Below, in pieces: positions 13,209 to 26,119 of a stretch of 64,000 bases of DNA; the first letter of the stretch is position 1, and each line of letters opens with the position of its first letter. The stretch lies in contig NW_027590357.1 of NCBI RefSeq assembly GCF_964213995.1, positions 62,001-126,000 on the forward strand. The letters are read 5' to 3'. The notes beneath the pieces are model-generated. The model had not been told where the DNA came from. It saw only the letters and a program-made list of their open reading frames with translations, and did no database searches. This DNA is from Mustelus asterias (Eukaryota). A program made the position numbers and the translations under genes.

Positions 13209-13457
13209 GATTGGGAATAGTGAAACTGCTCTTGCAGTGTGTCGATCCAGGCTTGACGGGCTGAATGGCCTCCTGTGCTGTCCCCATTCTATGATTCATA
13301 CACAAGTTAACTTCTCAGTGTCTATTAGGCCCCACTCGTTCCTCCATGATCAGTTCCAGCATTTCAAGTTCAGATCCCAGTACTTTTTAGTTGGGGGATT
13401 GAGGAGTAAAACAGAAATAGGAATAAGAGTGTCGGTGCGCTTATGTTTTTGTATTTC

Positions 13458-13488
<31 letters not shown>

Positions 13489-13875
13489 CAGTTTCTAAGT
13501 GTGTGCAAGTGTCTATTTCAATGTGTGTTTCTGTGTGTGTGATTGTGTTTCTCTGCGTGTGTCTGTGAGTGAGTGTCTGTGTCTGTGTGTGTGTCTCTCT
13601 CTGGGTCTTTGTGCATGTGTGTCTGTGAGTGTGTGTTTGTGTCTCTCTGCGTGTGTGTCTGTGTGTCTCTCTCTTTGTCTATGTGTGTGTGTCTATGAGT
13701 GTGTGTGTGTGTCTGTATCTCTGTGAGTGCGTCTGTGTGTGTGTGTGTCTATGAGTGTGTGTGTGTGTTTGTGTGTGTTTGTCATGATCTGTTTGAGTGG
13801 GGGAGCAGGCTCGATGGGTCAAATGGCCTCCAACTGCACATATTTGAGATTCAAATACATTGACACACATGCATG

Positions 13876-13913
<38 letters not shown>

Positions 13914-14814
13914 TATACACAGTATTGACATATTTATTGACCATTTAATGTGACTGAATGCTACACATCCTGGTTTGCCGATGACACAAAACATTAGACA
14001 GCATTGTAAGCAGCGCAGCTGGAAACATCACATTGCAAAGAGTTATTCATATTTTGTACATGGACAAAACTGGTGGAGAGGTTTCAGTGCAGGGAAATGT
14101 AAACTGACACAACTTAGATTTAAAAGGGATAGAACAACGTACTTTAATAAATGATGAAATGACAGAAACAGTGGAAGCTCCAAATGTCCAGATATTTCAC
14201 AGCTGAATTCACACAATACACACAGCAATGGATCTGATATTGCGGAATTGTTGTAAATGTGGTTAATCTCAGTACGGAGGCTGTCTTCATGTTACAATGT
14301 TAATCTGATCAGTCTCATCAAAACAGGATCAACATTTCTGTACAATGTGAGTGAATCATCAGCTCAAATAGTTCAGGTTCAATGTTTAAAATAACCAGTC
14401 ACTTTTCTGTGGCTGCTTTGGGAATGTCTCTCTACACCCTACCTATGACTGCAACACTACATTCTGCACCCTCTCTTTTACTTCTCCCAGATGTACTCGA
14501 TGAACGTTATGTTTTGTCTGTACAGCATACAAGAAACAATACTTTTCACTGTATCCCAATACATGCGACAATAATAAATCAAATCAAATCAAAATCCTCC
14601 CAATTCTTTCCTCCACGATAGGTCGCAGCATTTAAAGAACACGCCCAGGGCCCAGTGCTGAGTCTGAGGGTATGTGACTACAGTAAGGTGAGTGATACAG
14701 GAGGGTCTCACTGTCTGAGGGAGGTCAGTCTTAGCCGGGGGGTGCGTGAGTGACCCAGGTTAATCTGACACTCCAGGGACAGTTGGAATGGAGCTTTCCC
14801 CCGGGCTGTCCCCT

Positions 14815-15025
14815 CCCCGTGTCTGCGTGGGTTTCCTCCGGGTGCTCCGGTTTCCTCCCACAGTCTGAAAGATGTGCTGGTTAGGGTGCATTGGCCGTGC
14901 TAAATTCTCCCTCAGTGTAACCCGAACAGGCGCCGGAGTGTGGCGACTAGGGGATTCTCACAGTAACTTCATTGCAGTGTTAATGTAAGCCTACTTCTGA
15001 CACTAATAAATAAACTGAAACTGAA
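14815..15025 (+). mobile_element. 5'-truncated V-SINE-like element
   Basis: V-domain and tail as in 1958-2254. Confidence 0.8.
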
Positions 15026-15217
15026 GGTCAAGGTGCTGCTGTGACAATGCACTCTTGTTTAAACACTCTGCAATGCTGAGACTGGGAGAAGTGACCAACA
15101 GGGGGCAGCATTGCAGCTTCTGTCCCCCTATTGAAACTGGGATTGTTGCTCCATCTGCTGCACAATCCCAACCCCATCCACTGGGGGCAATCTGGACAAT
15201 GGCTGCAGACAGACCTC

Positions 15218-15412
15218 ACTGCGCACGCGCCGCAATGACACCCACCGCCGGCGGCCATTTTGCGTTGCCAAGGGAGACGGCCAGCGGCCATATTCCGTTG
15301 CCAAGGGAGACGGCGGCGGCGACCATCTTGCGTTGCCAGGGAAGACGGCATCATGGCGGCGGCGTCCCGCGCGCTGACCTCTGGGAGCATTCCCGTCCTG
15401 CACATGCGCACA
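15218..15412. promoter_or_regulatory. CpG-rich promoter-like element with YY1-, RFX- and NRF1-like motifs
   Basis: Three 33-35-bp units g(g/a)ccatnttNcgttgcca(a/g)ggrrgac, plus catggcggc, tgcgcacgcgc (~15220) and tgcacatgcgca (~15399). Local CpG density is far above the flanks. Confidence 0.6.
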
Positions 15413-16384
15413 GGCAGCCCCGCCCCCTCGACAGAACCCCTTGTTGTCCCGCCAACGAGCATGGGCCGGAGTGGACAAGAGGTGGCACTGGGAGGAGCAG
15501 CCCCCGGGAGCGTTACAGCGACACCTGGTGGCCAGGAAGGGCAATAGCAGCAGCACAGTCTCTGCCCAAAGGCTTCCCCAGTTCAGCTGCTCAGAGACAC
15601 TGGGAATGTCTTCAAGTGGAAACTTCAGCTTCTCACATTCACCCCCTGTGTTCAGTCATTGTTTCCTAGACAACCTCTGTAGTGACATCACTAACAACCT
15701 GTTCACATTGAAGGCCATGGCAATCTGGACCATTCGGCTTCAAAGCCATTGAGCTTTAAAATTTCAATTGAAATGTTGGAGATGAGAGTTTATCGCTGCA
15801 AGTCATGTTGCATGTGGAACGCTCATGATGCCACAATTAGAGCGGTGCAGACATCTCACAGGGTTGTGTGACTGGAGGAGATGTCAGAGACGGGGTGGTT
15901 AAATATAGAGGGACAGGGTCTGAAGCTAAGTTTTGGGTAAAAGATGGCAGTAATGTTGTGACATTAATTTAGCTTCAGATAGTTGCTGGGGAGGGGGATA
16001 GAGAGGTTGGGGAGCGATGTTTGTATTGGGGCAATCTCTCTCTCTCTCATCATGTATATATATGAATCCATCTGTCACTCTCTATCTCTCTTTACCCATT
16101 GTGTCCAGAGTCTTGTGAAGGCGCAGACCGGTCATTACTGCCGAGGAGGACAGCCTTCAGCGCACTGGACCTGCGTTGCTGCACGGATAGCTCGAGGCAC
16201 CTCTGCCTCCAACAGCATCATCTTCCACACGTGTGTCTCTTCTGGACTGTGTGTGTGTCGTGTGTAACTGGTGGGGACGATACAATCCAACTGGAACATG
16301 GTATGGTGGGAAGGTCTTATGAGCAAAGGCTGAGGGACTTGAGGCTGTTTTCGTTCGAGAGAAGAAGGTTAACAGGTGAGTTCT

Positions 16385-17999
16385 CATCATGAACCAGCTG
16401 GTCGCCTCCATGCTGTGGTACCGGCTGGTCCCTTTGACCCCTCCCCCTGGCTTTGTCGCCGATATCCAGAAAACCCTCGTGCGGTTCTTCTGGGGCAATC
16501 GACTGCACTGGGTCCCTGCTGCGGTCCTGTATCTCCCGCTTGAGGAGGGCGGACAAGGTCTGGTGTGCCTCCGCACTCAGATCGCAACCTTCCGCCTCCA
16601 GGCCCTGCAGAGGTACCTTTACGTTGAGCCCCCTCCACAGTGGTGTGCCATGGCGACGTATTTCTTCCGCCAGTGGCACGGCCTCAATTATGACGTGCAG
16701 CTCCTGCATATCGAACTGGGGCGTGCTTCGACCACCCTGCAGGAGTTGCCCGTCTTTTACCAGGACCTCCTCACTGTCTGGAACAAGGTCGCCTCGCGAC
16801 GCAGCTCTCCCCCGTCAGGAGTAGCGGCTCTCGTGCGAGAGCCGCTGCTCAGGAATCCGCTCCTCCAGCCGTATAACTTCAGGTGGCTGGCGGAGAGGGG
16901 GGCTGTGGACGCCGGAGTGACCAGAATCAGGGACGTGCTCGATGGCGGAGGAGCGGGCTGGATGAGTCCCCGCGTGCTGGCTGAGCGCGCGGGGACGACT
17001 GTCCGGCGCGCGACCAAAGCCATCCTAGACCTTAGGACGGTCATGCTCGGGCCCGAAACTGCACGCAAACTCGAGGCGGCGCAGGCGTGCGGTGGGATCC
17101 CGTCCGAACGTTCCCCTATTCGGACGGAATTCCACATTGGCCCAAAGCCTCAGCCCCCCTCCCTGGGTGAGGTGCCCCACAGCCTGAGCCGCCTCGCGGA
17201 AATGCCCTTCGTGCCTTTTTCTACCGCGCGGAGGCGTTTCCTTACCGGGCTGCTGCTGCACACCTTCCACTACCGCCTCCTCGCCTGTCGCCCGGATACA
17301 CCTTGGCGGGCCTTGTTGCCGCCGGGCGGCGGAGGTCCCCGCTGGAGGTCCCTCTACGGAGGGATCTCCCCCAATTACGTCGGGGACCTGGGGTGGAGGG
17401 TGATGCATGCAGCAGCTCCGCTCAACCGTAGGATTCACTGGTTCACGGGCTCCGAAGACTGCCCTTTCTGTGGCCTTGTGGAGTCCGTGGACCATGTCTA
17501 TGTTGAGTGTCTTAGGCTGCACTCCCTTTATGTTTTCCTGAAGAACCTTTTATTGATGTTTTGTTTGCACTTCAGTCCCACGCTCCTGATCTACGGACAC
17601 CCGGTGCGGAGAGGGGAGGGTCGGGATGGCGACCTCCTCGTGAACCTGCTCCTGGGCCTGGCGAAACGCGCCATTTACCGGTCCAGGCAGCGGGCGATCG
17701 AGGGGGCCGTCCATCCTGACTGTCTTCCCCTCTACCGCGGCTACGTTCGCGGCCAGGTGTCCCTGGAGAGGGAGCATGCGGTGTCCACGGGCGAGGTTGA
17801 CGCTTTCCGCGCCCGCTGGGCACCGCAGGGGTTGGGGTGCATTATTGACCCTAATAATCACATTTTAATTTGATGTTTTTAAGTTTCCTTTGCATTTTGA
17901 TTTCTGTTCGGGCTGTTCCCCCTCCTTTTTGGGGAGCTGCCCCTTTTACTTTGTCCTGATTTAATTTGAGTTTGTTTACTTGGTTTGACCTAAAAAGAG
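16385..17999 (+). mobile_element. 5'-truncated Tx1-clade (L1/Tx1) non-LTR retrotransposon: ORF2 C-terminus (16389-17873) and 3' UTR
   Basis: 494-aa open GC-rich frame with post-RT motifs (FFWGNRLHW, LYLPLEEGGQGL), DLGWRVMH and a C-terminal zinc finger CPFCGLVESVDHVYVEC. The T-rich 3' UTR ends in taaaaagag. Confidence 0.9.
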
Positions 18000-20495
18000 G
18001 TCCCTCTGAGTGTAGATTGAGCTTCAGACGGCCTGAGACGTGCCTCCTCTCGGACAACACCCAGTTTTGTTTCCGGGGTGAGGTGGATTCGTGTTCGCCC
18101 GTGTAGCGGAGGGCCCCGGGTCGGAACCGGGCGGAAACTTTGGGAGGGAGGTGAGCTGCTGCCTGTTGCCTGGCCTGCCTGTCGCCTGACCTGCCTGCCT
18201 GTCGCCTGGCCTGCCTGCCTGTTGCCTGGCCTGCCGCCTGGCCTGCCTGCCTGTCGCCTGGCCTGCCTGCCTGCCGCCTGGCCTGCTTACCTGCCTGCCT
18301 GCCTGCCGTCTGGCCTGCTTACCTGCCTGCCTGCCATCTGGCCTGCTTACCTGCCTGCCTGCCGTCTGGCCTGCTTACCTGCCTGCCTGCCGTCTGGCCT
18401 GCTTACCTGCCTGCCTGCCGTCTGGCCTGCTTACCTACCTGCCTGCCTGCCGTCTGGACTGCCTGCCTGCCTGCTTGCCGTCTAGCCTGCCTGCCGTCTG
18501 GACTGCCTGACTGCCTGCTTGCCTGCCATCCGGCCTCTGGAGGGTGCGCTCTCCCCGGGGGGGGGGGGGGAGGAAGAGAGGACAGGGAGTGACTGGAGGA
18601 GAGGGGGGGGGCGAAGGCGTTTGGACTGTCTCTTTTCCATCTGCAGTGGGGGGGGGTGAAGACCTTTCCTATTTCCCCTACCCACTACTGCTGCCCCCGG
18701 GACCGGCACCCCCTCCCCTTTTCCCTCCTGACTGGGGCACCGGCCTTGTGCCTCATCTCCCTCCTGCTCCTCCAACCTCCTCTCTCCCTCTCTCGCTCCG
18801 GGGAGAGAGCACCTACACCCTTCCCCGCCTACCCCACCCTGCCTTATCTTCCCCATCCCACATACGCCCTGCCGTGCATCTGGGCAGTCTCGGGGTGGGC
18901 GTAGCACTTCCCCTGATACAATGGCGACATCACCAGCGTCGCCGGTGGCAGGGCCTTCTCGGCCCACCTATGCGGGCGTGGCGGCTGCCAGAGCCCCCGC
19001 CGCTCCCAAGGCCCTGCCGCCATTCTCTTTAATCACGCGGCAGCTCGGGGTGAAGTGCTACGCCCACCCCGACATGTCTATCGAGGCCTGCGTCAAGGCA
19101 ATGGCTGGGGTTGTCGGCCCCTCAGCCATTGTCGCGGCCTCAAAGATGTACGGCCGGGCTGTATTCTTCCTGAAGGCCGAGCGGGCGGTTCGCCTCGCCC
19201 TGGAAAAGGGGCTCACGGTGGGCGGGACGTTCCTGGCGGTGGACCCATTGGAGGCCACCGCCCACAAGATAGTAATATCGAACGTCCCGCCCTTCCTACC
19301 AAGTGAGCTCCTCCTCCCCCACCTCCATCTACTGGGGGAGGTCAGGTCCGGGGTGCAGCCGATCCCGCTCGGCCTTCGGGACCCCTTCCTCCGCCATATT
19401 TACTCCTTCCGGCGCCAGGTTTTTGTCCGCCTGGCCCGGGAGGATGAACTGGAGGGAGGTTTCAATGTCCCCCACGAGGGGACCACGTACCGGGTCTTTT
19501 GGTCCGCGGACGGTGTGCGGTGCCATGCCTGTAAGGAGGCGGGGCACGTGAGGAAAAACTGCCCCGTCTCCAAGGCCGCCGACCACCAACCCAAGGCGGC
19601 CGCAGCTGGCACCGCAGCCCCCTCTCCCCCCAAGCGAGTACCATCTGCCCCCCCGCGAGGGGAGGCCACGCCGGCAGCAGCTGCCACCTCAGCTGCCGGC
19701 GGGGGGGGAGCGGAGCCCCCGCGCGGCCAAAAGGCCCAGAAGGGACCTACAAAAAAGAAGGGGGGTACCGGAACCCCGGCCCCCAGGGAAAACACCCCAA
19801 CCACCCCGGCAGCCGGCTCGGGGACCGCCTCAGTCTCCACCTGCGCCCCCCCCCCCACCACCACCATCTGCCGGGCCCGTGGGCTCTCCGGGGCCTAGTG
19901 CTGGGTCCGGCGCCCGGGATCATGGGCCCGAGCATGGGGGGGTAAGCGACCCCGAGCCGGCAAAACTGGCGACGCCGCCACCTCGGGGTGAAGTGACGGG
20001 AGAGCAGGGGGGCGCGGCAAGGCGAAGAGGGGCGGAGGGCGAGGGGCCTCGCCTGCCCGAGGGCAGGTTAACAAAAAGAGGCGGGGCCCCTCGGGCACCG
20101 TAGAGTTCGAGGTCTGCGTGCCCCTCCCCCCTTGTGAGTCATCTCCTGCCGTGCCCCCACCTGTCTTTGTGCCTTGTCCCGCGAAAAAAGGGGGCAAGGC
20201 ACCCTGTAAATCCAAGCATGTGTTGCCTCAGTCCCCCGGCGAGGGGTCTCCGGGGCCGGGTGGTAGCGGGGCCCCCACGGTTCCGTTCCACCCGGCCGGT
20301 TACAACCCGGAGTTCTTCTTCAGTCTGTCGGGGGACTGGGGCGACACTCCAATGTTCATGTCCTCGTGCGGCGGTGGCGAAGAGACGATCCACTCGTCCT
20401 CTCCGTCCCGACCTTGGACGCTGGACATCCCCAACCTCAGTCCGAAGGATACACCGGACCTGGGGGGTGTCCAAGCGTCTGGGGCGGGGGGGGGG
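18000..20495 (+). mobile_element. 3'-truncated Tx1-clade element: 5' UTR and ORF1 (gag-like, 18921-19898, frameshifted tail to ~20490)
   Basis: ORF1 motifs VGPSAIVAASKMYGRAVFFLK, ISNVPPFLP and YSFRRQVF, plus a CCHC zinc knuckle CHACKEAGHVRKNC. No endonuclease or RT follows. Confidence 0.88.
18160..18530 (+). repeat. (GCCT)n-based minisatellite in the Tx1 5' UTR
   Basis: Tandem gcctgcct / ctgccgtctggcctgcttac units. Confidence 0.9.
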
Positions 20496-20499
20496 GCTG

Positions 20500-20978
20500 C
20501 GCCCCCCCCCGAATTGCGCCCCCCCCCCCGAATTGCCGCCCCCCCCCCGAATTGCCCCTCCCGAATTGCCCCCCCCCGAATTGCCCCCCTCCCGAATTGC
20601 GCCCCCCCCCGAATTGCGCCCCCCCCCGAATTGCCCCCCCCCCGAATTGCCCCCCCCCCGAATTGCCCCCCCCCGAATTGCCCCCCCCCGAATTCCCCCC
20701 CCCCCGAATTGCCCCCCCCCCGAATTGCGCCCCCCCCCGAATTGCACCCCCCCCCGAATTGCCCCCCCCCGAATTGCGCCCCCCCCGAATTGCGCCCCCC
20801 CCCCCCGAATTGCCGCCCCCCCCCGAATTGCCCCTCCCGAATTGCCCCCCTCCCGAATTGCGCCCCCCCCCCGAATTGCGCCCCCCCCCCCCGAATTGCG
20901 CCCCCCCCGAATTGCGCCCCCCCCCGAATTGCGGCGCCCCCCCGAATTGCGCCCCCCCCGACTTGCGCCCCCCCCCCG
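20500..20978. repeat. C-run/GAATTG(CG) minisatellite (G4-prone on the minus strand)
   Basis: Repeats of gaattg(cg)C6-10. Confidence 0.95.
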
Positions 20979-23900
20979 CTTCCCGTCTCCAGCTGTTCCC
21001 ACCAGACACAAAAACCGCTGCTGAATCTCCCCCCCCCTCCCCTTCCTGCCAATGCCCTATAGATTCCTCTCTCAGCTCAATCCCCCCCGAACCCTTCTCC
21101 TGAACCCACTCCCAATCCTTTTAAACCCGCCACCCTCAGTCTCTCACCCCCAAATTCCCCTCCCCCCCCCAAACCCCTCCTTAATTCCCCACTCCAGAAA
21201 CCCACTCTAAATCCCTCCACTTCAACGCCTCTAACCCTCCCTGCTGCCCAATCTCTCTCGGCCCCTCCCCCCGATCCTCTCTGCCCAATCTTCTCCAATC
21301 CCACTCTAATCACCCCCCCACTCACTCTCTCTCAGGAACTCACCGCCAAAGCCCTCTGAGCCACTCCCAATCCTTCTCAACCCGCTGCCCTCAATCTCCA
21401 CTAATTCCCCCCCAAAACTCCTCTTTCCCCCACCTGATTCCCTGTCCCTCTGCCCGATCTCCTTTAATCCGACTCTGTAAGCACCCCCTCCCCCCCGCTC
21501 AATCTCTCTGACACCCACTGCCAATCTGACTCTCAGCCCCCTGAATCCTCCAAGTTCCTGCCCCAAATCCTCAGCCCCCCCCCCAAAGGCTCCCTTTGCC
21601 CCCCCCCTGCCAAAATCAAGCCACCCAATCCTTCCTCAGTCCTCCCCACCCCTGAATCCCTCTGAGTCACCCCCCCACTCCGAATCGCTCAACACCCCCC
21701 CAATTCTAACCCTGATGCAAGGCCCCACCCTAAATCCCTCTCTGAATTTCCCCCCTCCCAAATCCCTATAAATCCACCCCGCCCTCAATCCCTTTCCCTC
21801 CACCCCGACTCGCCCCCCTGCTAACTCCCTCTGACTCCCTACCCCATCCAGACCCTCCCCAGATTCTAAGCCCCTGAGATTCCTCTGGAATCCCCCCTGA
21901 ATGTCTCCCGAGATCGCACCCACCCTCGCCACATTCCTCTGCCCCCGAATCCTGCTCCCTCTCCAATCCCACCCCTTCTATCTGTCTGAGCACCAAACCA
22001 TGTCTTTTAATCCCCGTAAACCCCCCAATCCCTCCTGTATCCCTCAGAACCCCAGAAATCCCCCTCTGAGCCCCCTCTTCCCGAATTCCCCCCGATTCCC
22101 TCCCTCTCAGCCCCGCTAAATCCCAAAGTCCCCATGAGACCCTTAAATCCCCCTGAATCCCTCTAATTCCCGACCACAATCCCTGAGTCTCCCCCTACAT
22201 CCCTCTCCACTCTCCCCCTTTAATCCCCCTCAATCCCCCCCCCACTCCAGCCAAATCTGTCGTCCCTCCTCACAATCCCTCTAAATCTCCCGATCCTTCC
22301 CTCTGAGCCCCGTATCCCTCTAAGTTCCCCTCTTTCCCCCCCCCCGCCCCTCTCAACCTGGCAAATTCCCACTCCCTCCCTGTGAACAGCCTCTGGACTG
22401 ACAGATCCCCCCCTTTCTAATTAGTACCCCCCCCCCCCCTCCGCGCGTCCATCCCCGTCCACCACCCCCCTGTAAACAGCTCCTGGTGGAGTTGGATGTG
22501 GAAACTCTGCCCATTTTAAACATTAACGTTCAAATGACTAATTCCCTTGACACTGAGCAGCCTGTGTTATAACATCCCCCACCCCCATCCTGTACAACAG
22601 ACCCCCTGTCTGATTCCCCCTCCCCTCCTCCATTGCCCCCTTTCTCTGATAACCCCTGACTCTGGTCAGCCTGTGTTATAATTTTTCCCGCTCTTGTACA
22701 ACAGCCTCCCCCACCGGCCCCTTCCCTCTCTGTCTAATAGCCCCGGCTCTGAACAAGCCCCTGTATTACACACTCCCCCCTTTCAGCAGTGCTGGATCCC
22801 TCTGAATTGCCCCTGATTCCCTCCCTCTGCGTTCCTGGGCCTTTGCTGCTTGTGAACAGCAAACCCGTGATCTGGCCCGTCCCCCACGAGAGAGCAGAGA
22901 GAGAGATATAAGAGACAGAGAAGCAGAGATATAGAGATGGAGATAGAGAGAATGCTGCTGTAATTCAGACAGAATGATTCACAGAGAGGGGGAAGCAGAG
23001 ATCAGAGAGATGGAGATGGGGAGGATGCGACTGTAATTCAGACTGATTCACAGAGGGGGAAGCAGAGATCAGAGAGAGGGGGAAGCAGATAGAGAGAGGG
23101 AAGCGATAGAGAGAGAGATAAGAGACAAAAGTAGAGTTAAAGTTAAAATTTTATTTGTTAATCACAAGTAGGCTTACATTAACACTGCAATGAAGTTATT
23201 GTGAAAAGATATAGAGATGGGGAGTGAGAGAGAATGCTGCTGTACTTCAGACAGAAGAGACGGAGAGGAGGCTGCTGTGATTGAGATAAAATGATCCACA
23301 GAGAGAGAGAGGGAGATGTCCAGAGAGGCTGAGATACAAAGTGAGATGTGGAGATAAGTAGAAAGTGGGGCTTTGGCAAGACAGAGTGACAACGTTTCAG
23401 AGAGAGTGAAAGACAGAGAGAAGGAGAGAAAAAGGGAAAGATGCTGCCATTGTGAGAGGCTGAGGTATAAAGGATGGGGAGAGACAGGGATTGGAAAGAT
23501 GTGGAGAAACAGTTCTGAGGATGGGGGAGTTGCACAGACAGGGCTTCAGGGAGAGGGATTGAAATCTGTGGGATTACATTGGAGCAGGGATCACTGGGAA
23601 TACCCCCTCCCCCTGACACACAGACCACTAACCCTCAGTGTAAAAGCCCCACCAGTCTATCTGTGAATAAAAATGAACGACAAAGACACGGGGACTTTTA
23701 TTAATATTTTTCTCTCTGGTTATAGCTCTTGTCCGAGGATTCCTCACGGCAAAACTATTCGCTCTCTGCATCGCCAAAGTTTCCAAAGGAATTCTCCTTG
23801 GAAGAGAGAAAGAGAAAATAAAGTGAAATTTGATTAAACACAAAACAAAAGCTGATTAAAAACAATAAAAGGCACAGCAAGATCCCAGGACTTGCTGAAA

Positions 23901-26119
23901 TTCACAATCTCACTGGGGGGGGGGGGAAACATTCATTTTCACCTCCTCATTATTAAACCCTGACAAAATGGGAACACGTTTCAAATGCAATGAACTTCCA
24001 ACTGCCTCCTGACTGTCCCGATATTGAATTTATTAAACACGTCAAAGCATTCTGGGGGCTTTACTCCAGAGACAGGCCAGTGAATAAACACAGGAGGCCC
24101 CAATGAAGTTCCCACTTCTATCAGTCACCTCTCCCCCCCCCCCCCCTCTGTTTCTCCCTCTCCGTCTCCTACACACTTCCCCCAGATCTATATCTGTCCA
24201 ATACCCCGTCTCTGGATAACCTGTCCTGATCTCTGCTCTGTTTCTCTACCTCGAGGTGAATCTGGATTGAAATGCTCTCTCTAAGTTTCTGTCTGACCGT
24301 TTAAAATAAAACTCACAATCAAAAGGGAAATGAGAGGGGGCAAGTCGGGCAGGAAAATCCACAATCCCACCCTGAAGCGGCTGCTTCACATTTTATTGAA
24401 CCATTGAATTCAGCCACTTAAAGGGGAATTAAGCGAATGCAAAAGTGCTGCTGAGATTTAGGCCATGAAGTGCGGTCTAGTCACAGAGGCTGCATTATTC
24501 CTCAGGTAGAAAGAACAAACCCCCCTCTCTCCCACCCCCCAGTTAAACAGAACAATCTTCTCCATCCACACCCACAAATCCCAGCGCCCTGTCTAAAAAC
24601 ACAAGCAGGACTGTGGGATTGAGAACAAGCCTTTCCCCCAGGCTCAGAAATTTGAATTTCAGCTCCCTCTCCCTCCCGAGTGCTTCACAGTGAGAGGGAG
24701 AGAGAGAGACTGGGAATGCTGCAATCAGGATCCACAGGGAGTCCCACACTGCAGGAGGACACCCACCTCCCCCTCCACCCCCAGAGCCTCTGTCTCTATC
24801 CCCCTACCCCCCTCCACTGAGCCCCCGACACTCCCCACCCATTCTCTGTTCCTCTCTCTCTACCCCACCCTCCTTCCTCTCCATCTTTTCATGTTTAAAG
24901 TGTGGGGCGCTGTCACAGTGCAGAGAATATGGGGTGGGGAGGAGGGCACAGCAAGATCCCACACACAGTCTGAGCAGGGCCAGATACAAAGTGATATTTT
25001 AAGTGAGGATTGGGCTAAAGTGAGTAGGCAATGAGGGAACCACACTTCTTCCTCTCTCTCCCTCGCTCCCCCCCCCCCCCCCTCCATCTCTCCCCCACCC
25101 CAAATAAAAATAATGAGTCACTCCAGGATTGGGGCTGTTTGTACATTCGATCTGAACAGGGAACCTTCCACTCCGAGGACAGTCACACCTCTCTCTCCCA
25201 TTCCCTCTGTCTCTCGCTGTTTCTTTCTCTCTGCCCGTTTCTCTGCCTCTATCTCTGAACCTGTCCAGCCCCCTCTGTGTCTCTTTTTCTTTCCCCCCAG
25301 ATCTATATATATATCAAATACCCCATCTCTGCCCCGGTCTCTCCTACTCTGGATAATCTGTCCTGATCTCTGCTCTGTTTCTCCATCTGGGGATGAATGG
25401 GGATTAAAATGCTCTCTGATAAGTTTCTGTCTGACCGTTTCAAATAATGACGTGTTGTGGGCCACGTCTGCTATTTCTCAGTGATTTCCATGGGGAAATG
25501 GGGAGGGAAGCTCCTTCTGCAAAGCTACATCTCTCTCTCACTGCAATGTGGTAGCAGCCACATTCCAATATCTTTACAACACATCAAATATGAGGAAAAT
25601 ATATTTTGAAACACAACAGCACAAATTCAGCCTCAGTTACACAGTCGCTGTTTATAAATCCCACCTTCTGGGAGGCTGTGAGTGAGGGTCTTTATCTCAG
25701 AGTAAAGTATAAAGTAAAGTTTATTTCTTAGTCACAAGTAAGGCTTACATTAACACTGCAATGAAGTTACTGTGAAATTCTCCTAGTCGCCACACTCTGG
25801 CGCCTGTTAATGCGCCAGAGTGGGTTAATGCACCTAACCAGAGACTGGGGAGCTGGCTGGGCTGTGAGTGCACAGCGGAGGCTCCCCCTCCCCCACCCGC
25901 TAACCCACTCCCCTCCAATCTCTCTCCTCTCCCTGCCCCTCTGCCTTTGCTCTCTCTCTCTCTCTCTCTGTTACCATCCCTTTCTCTCTCTCTCTCTCTC
26001 TCTGTTACCATCCCTTTCTCTCTCTCTCCCTCCCTGATAACTCTCAATCACGGGAGAAAGATTGAAGAGAAAGAGATATAGCAGGAAAACCCACAATCAC
26101 ATCCCAAATCCAATGAAAG

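Noticed and set aside
15055-15669. 204-aa ORF over the CpG element
   Set aside because: No recognisable domain; overlapping ORFs on both strands reflect GC richness.
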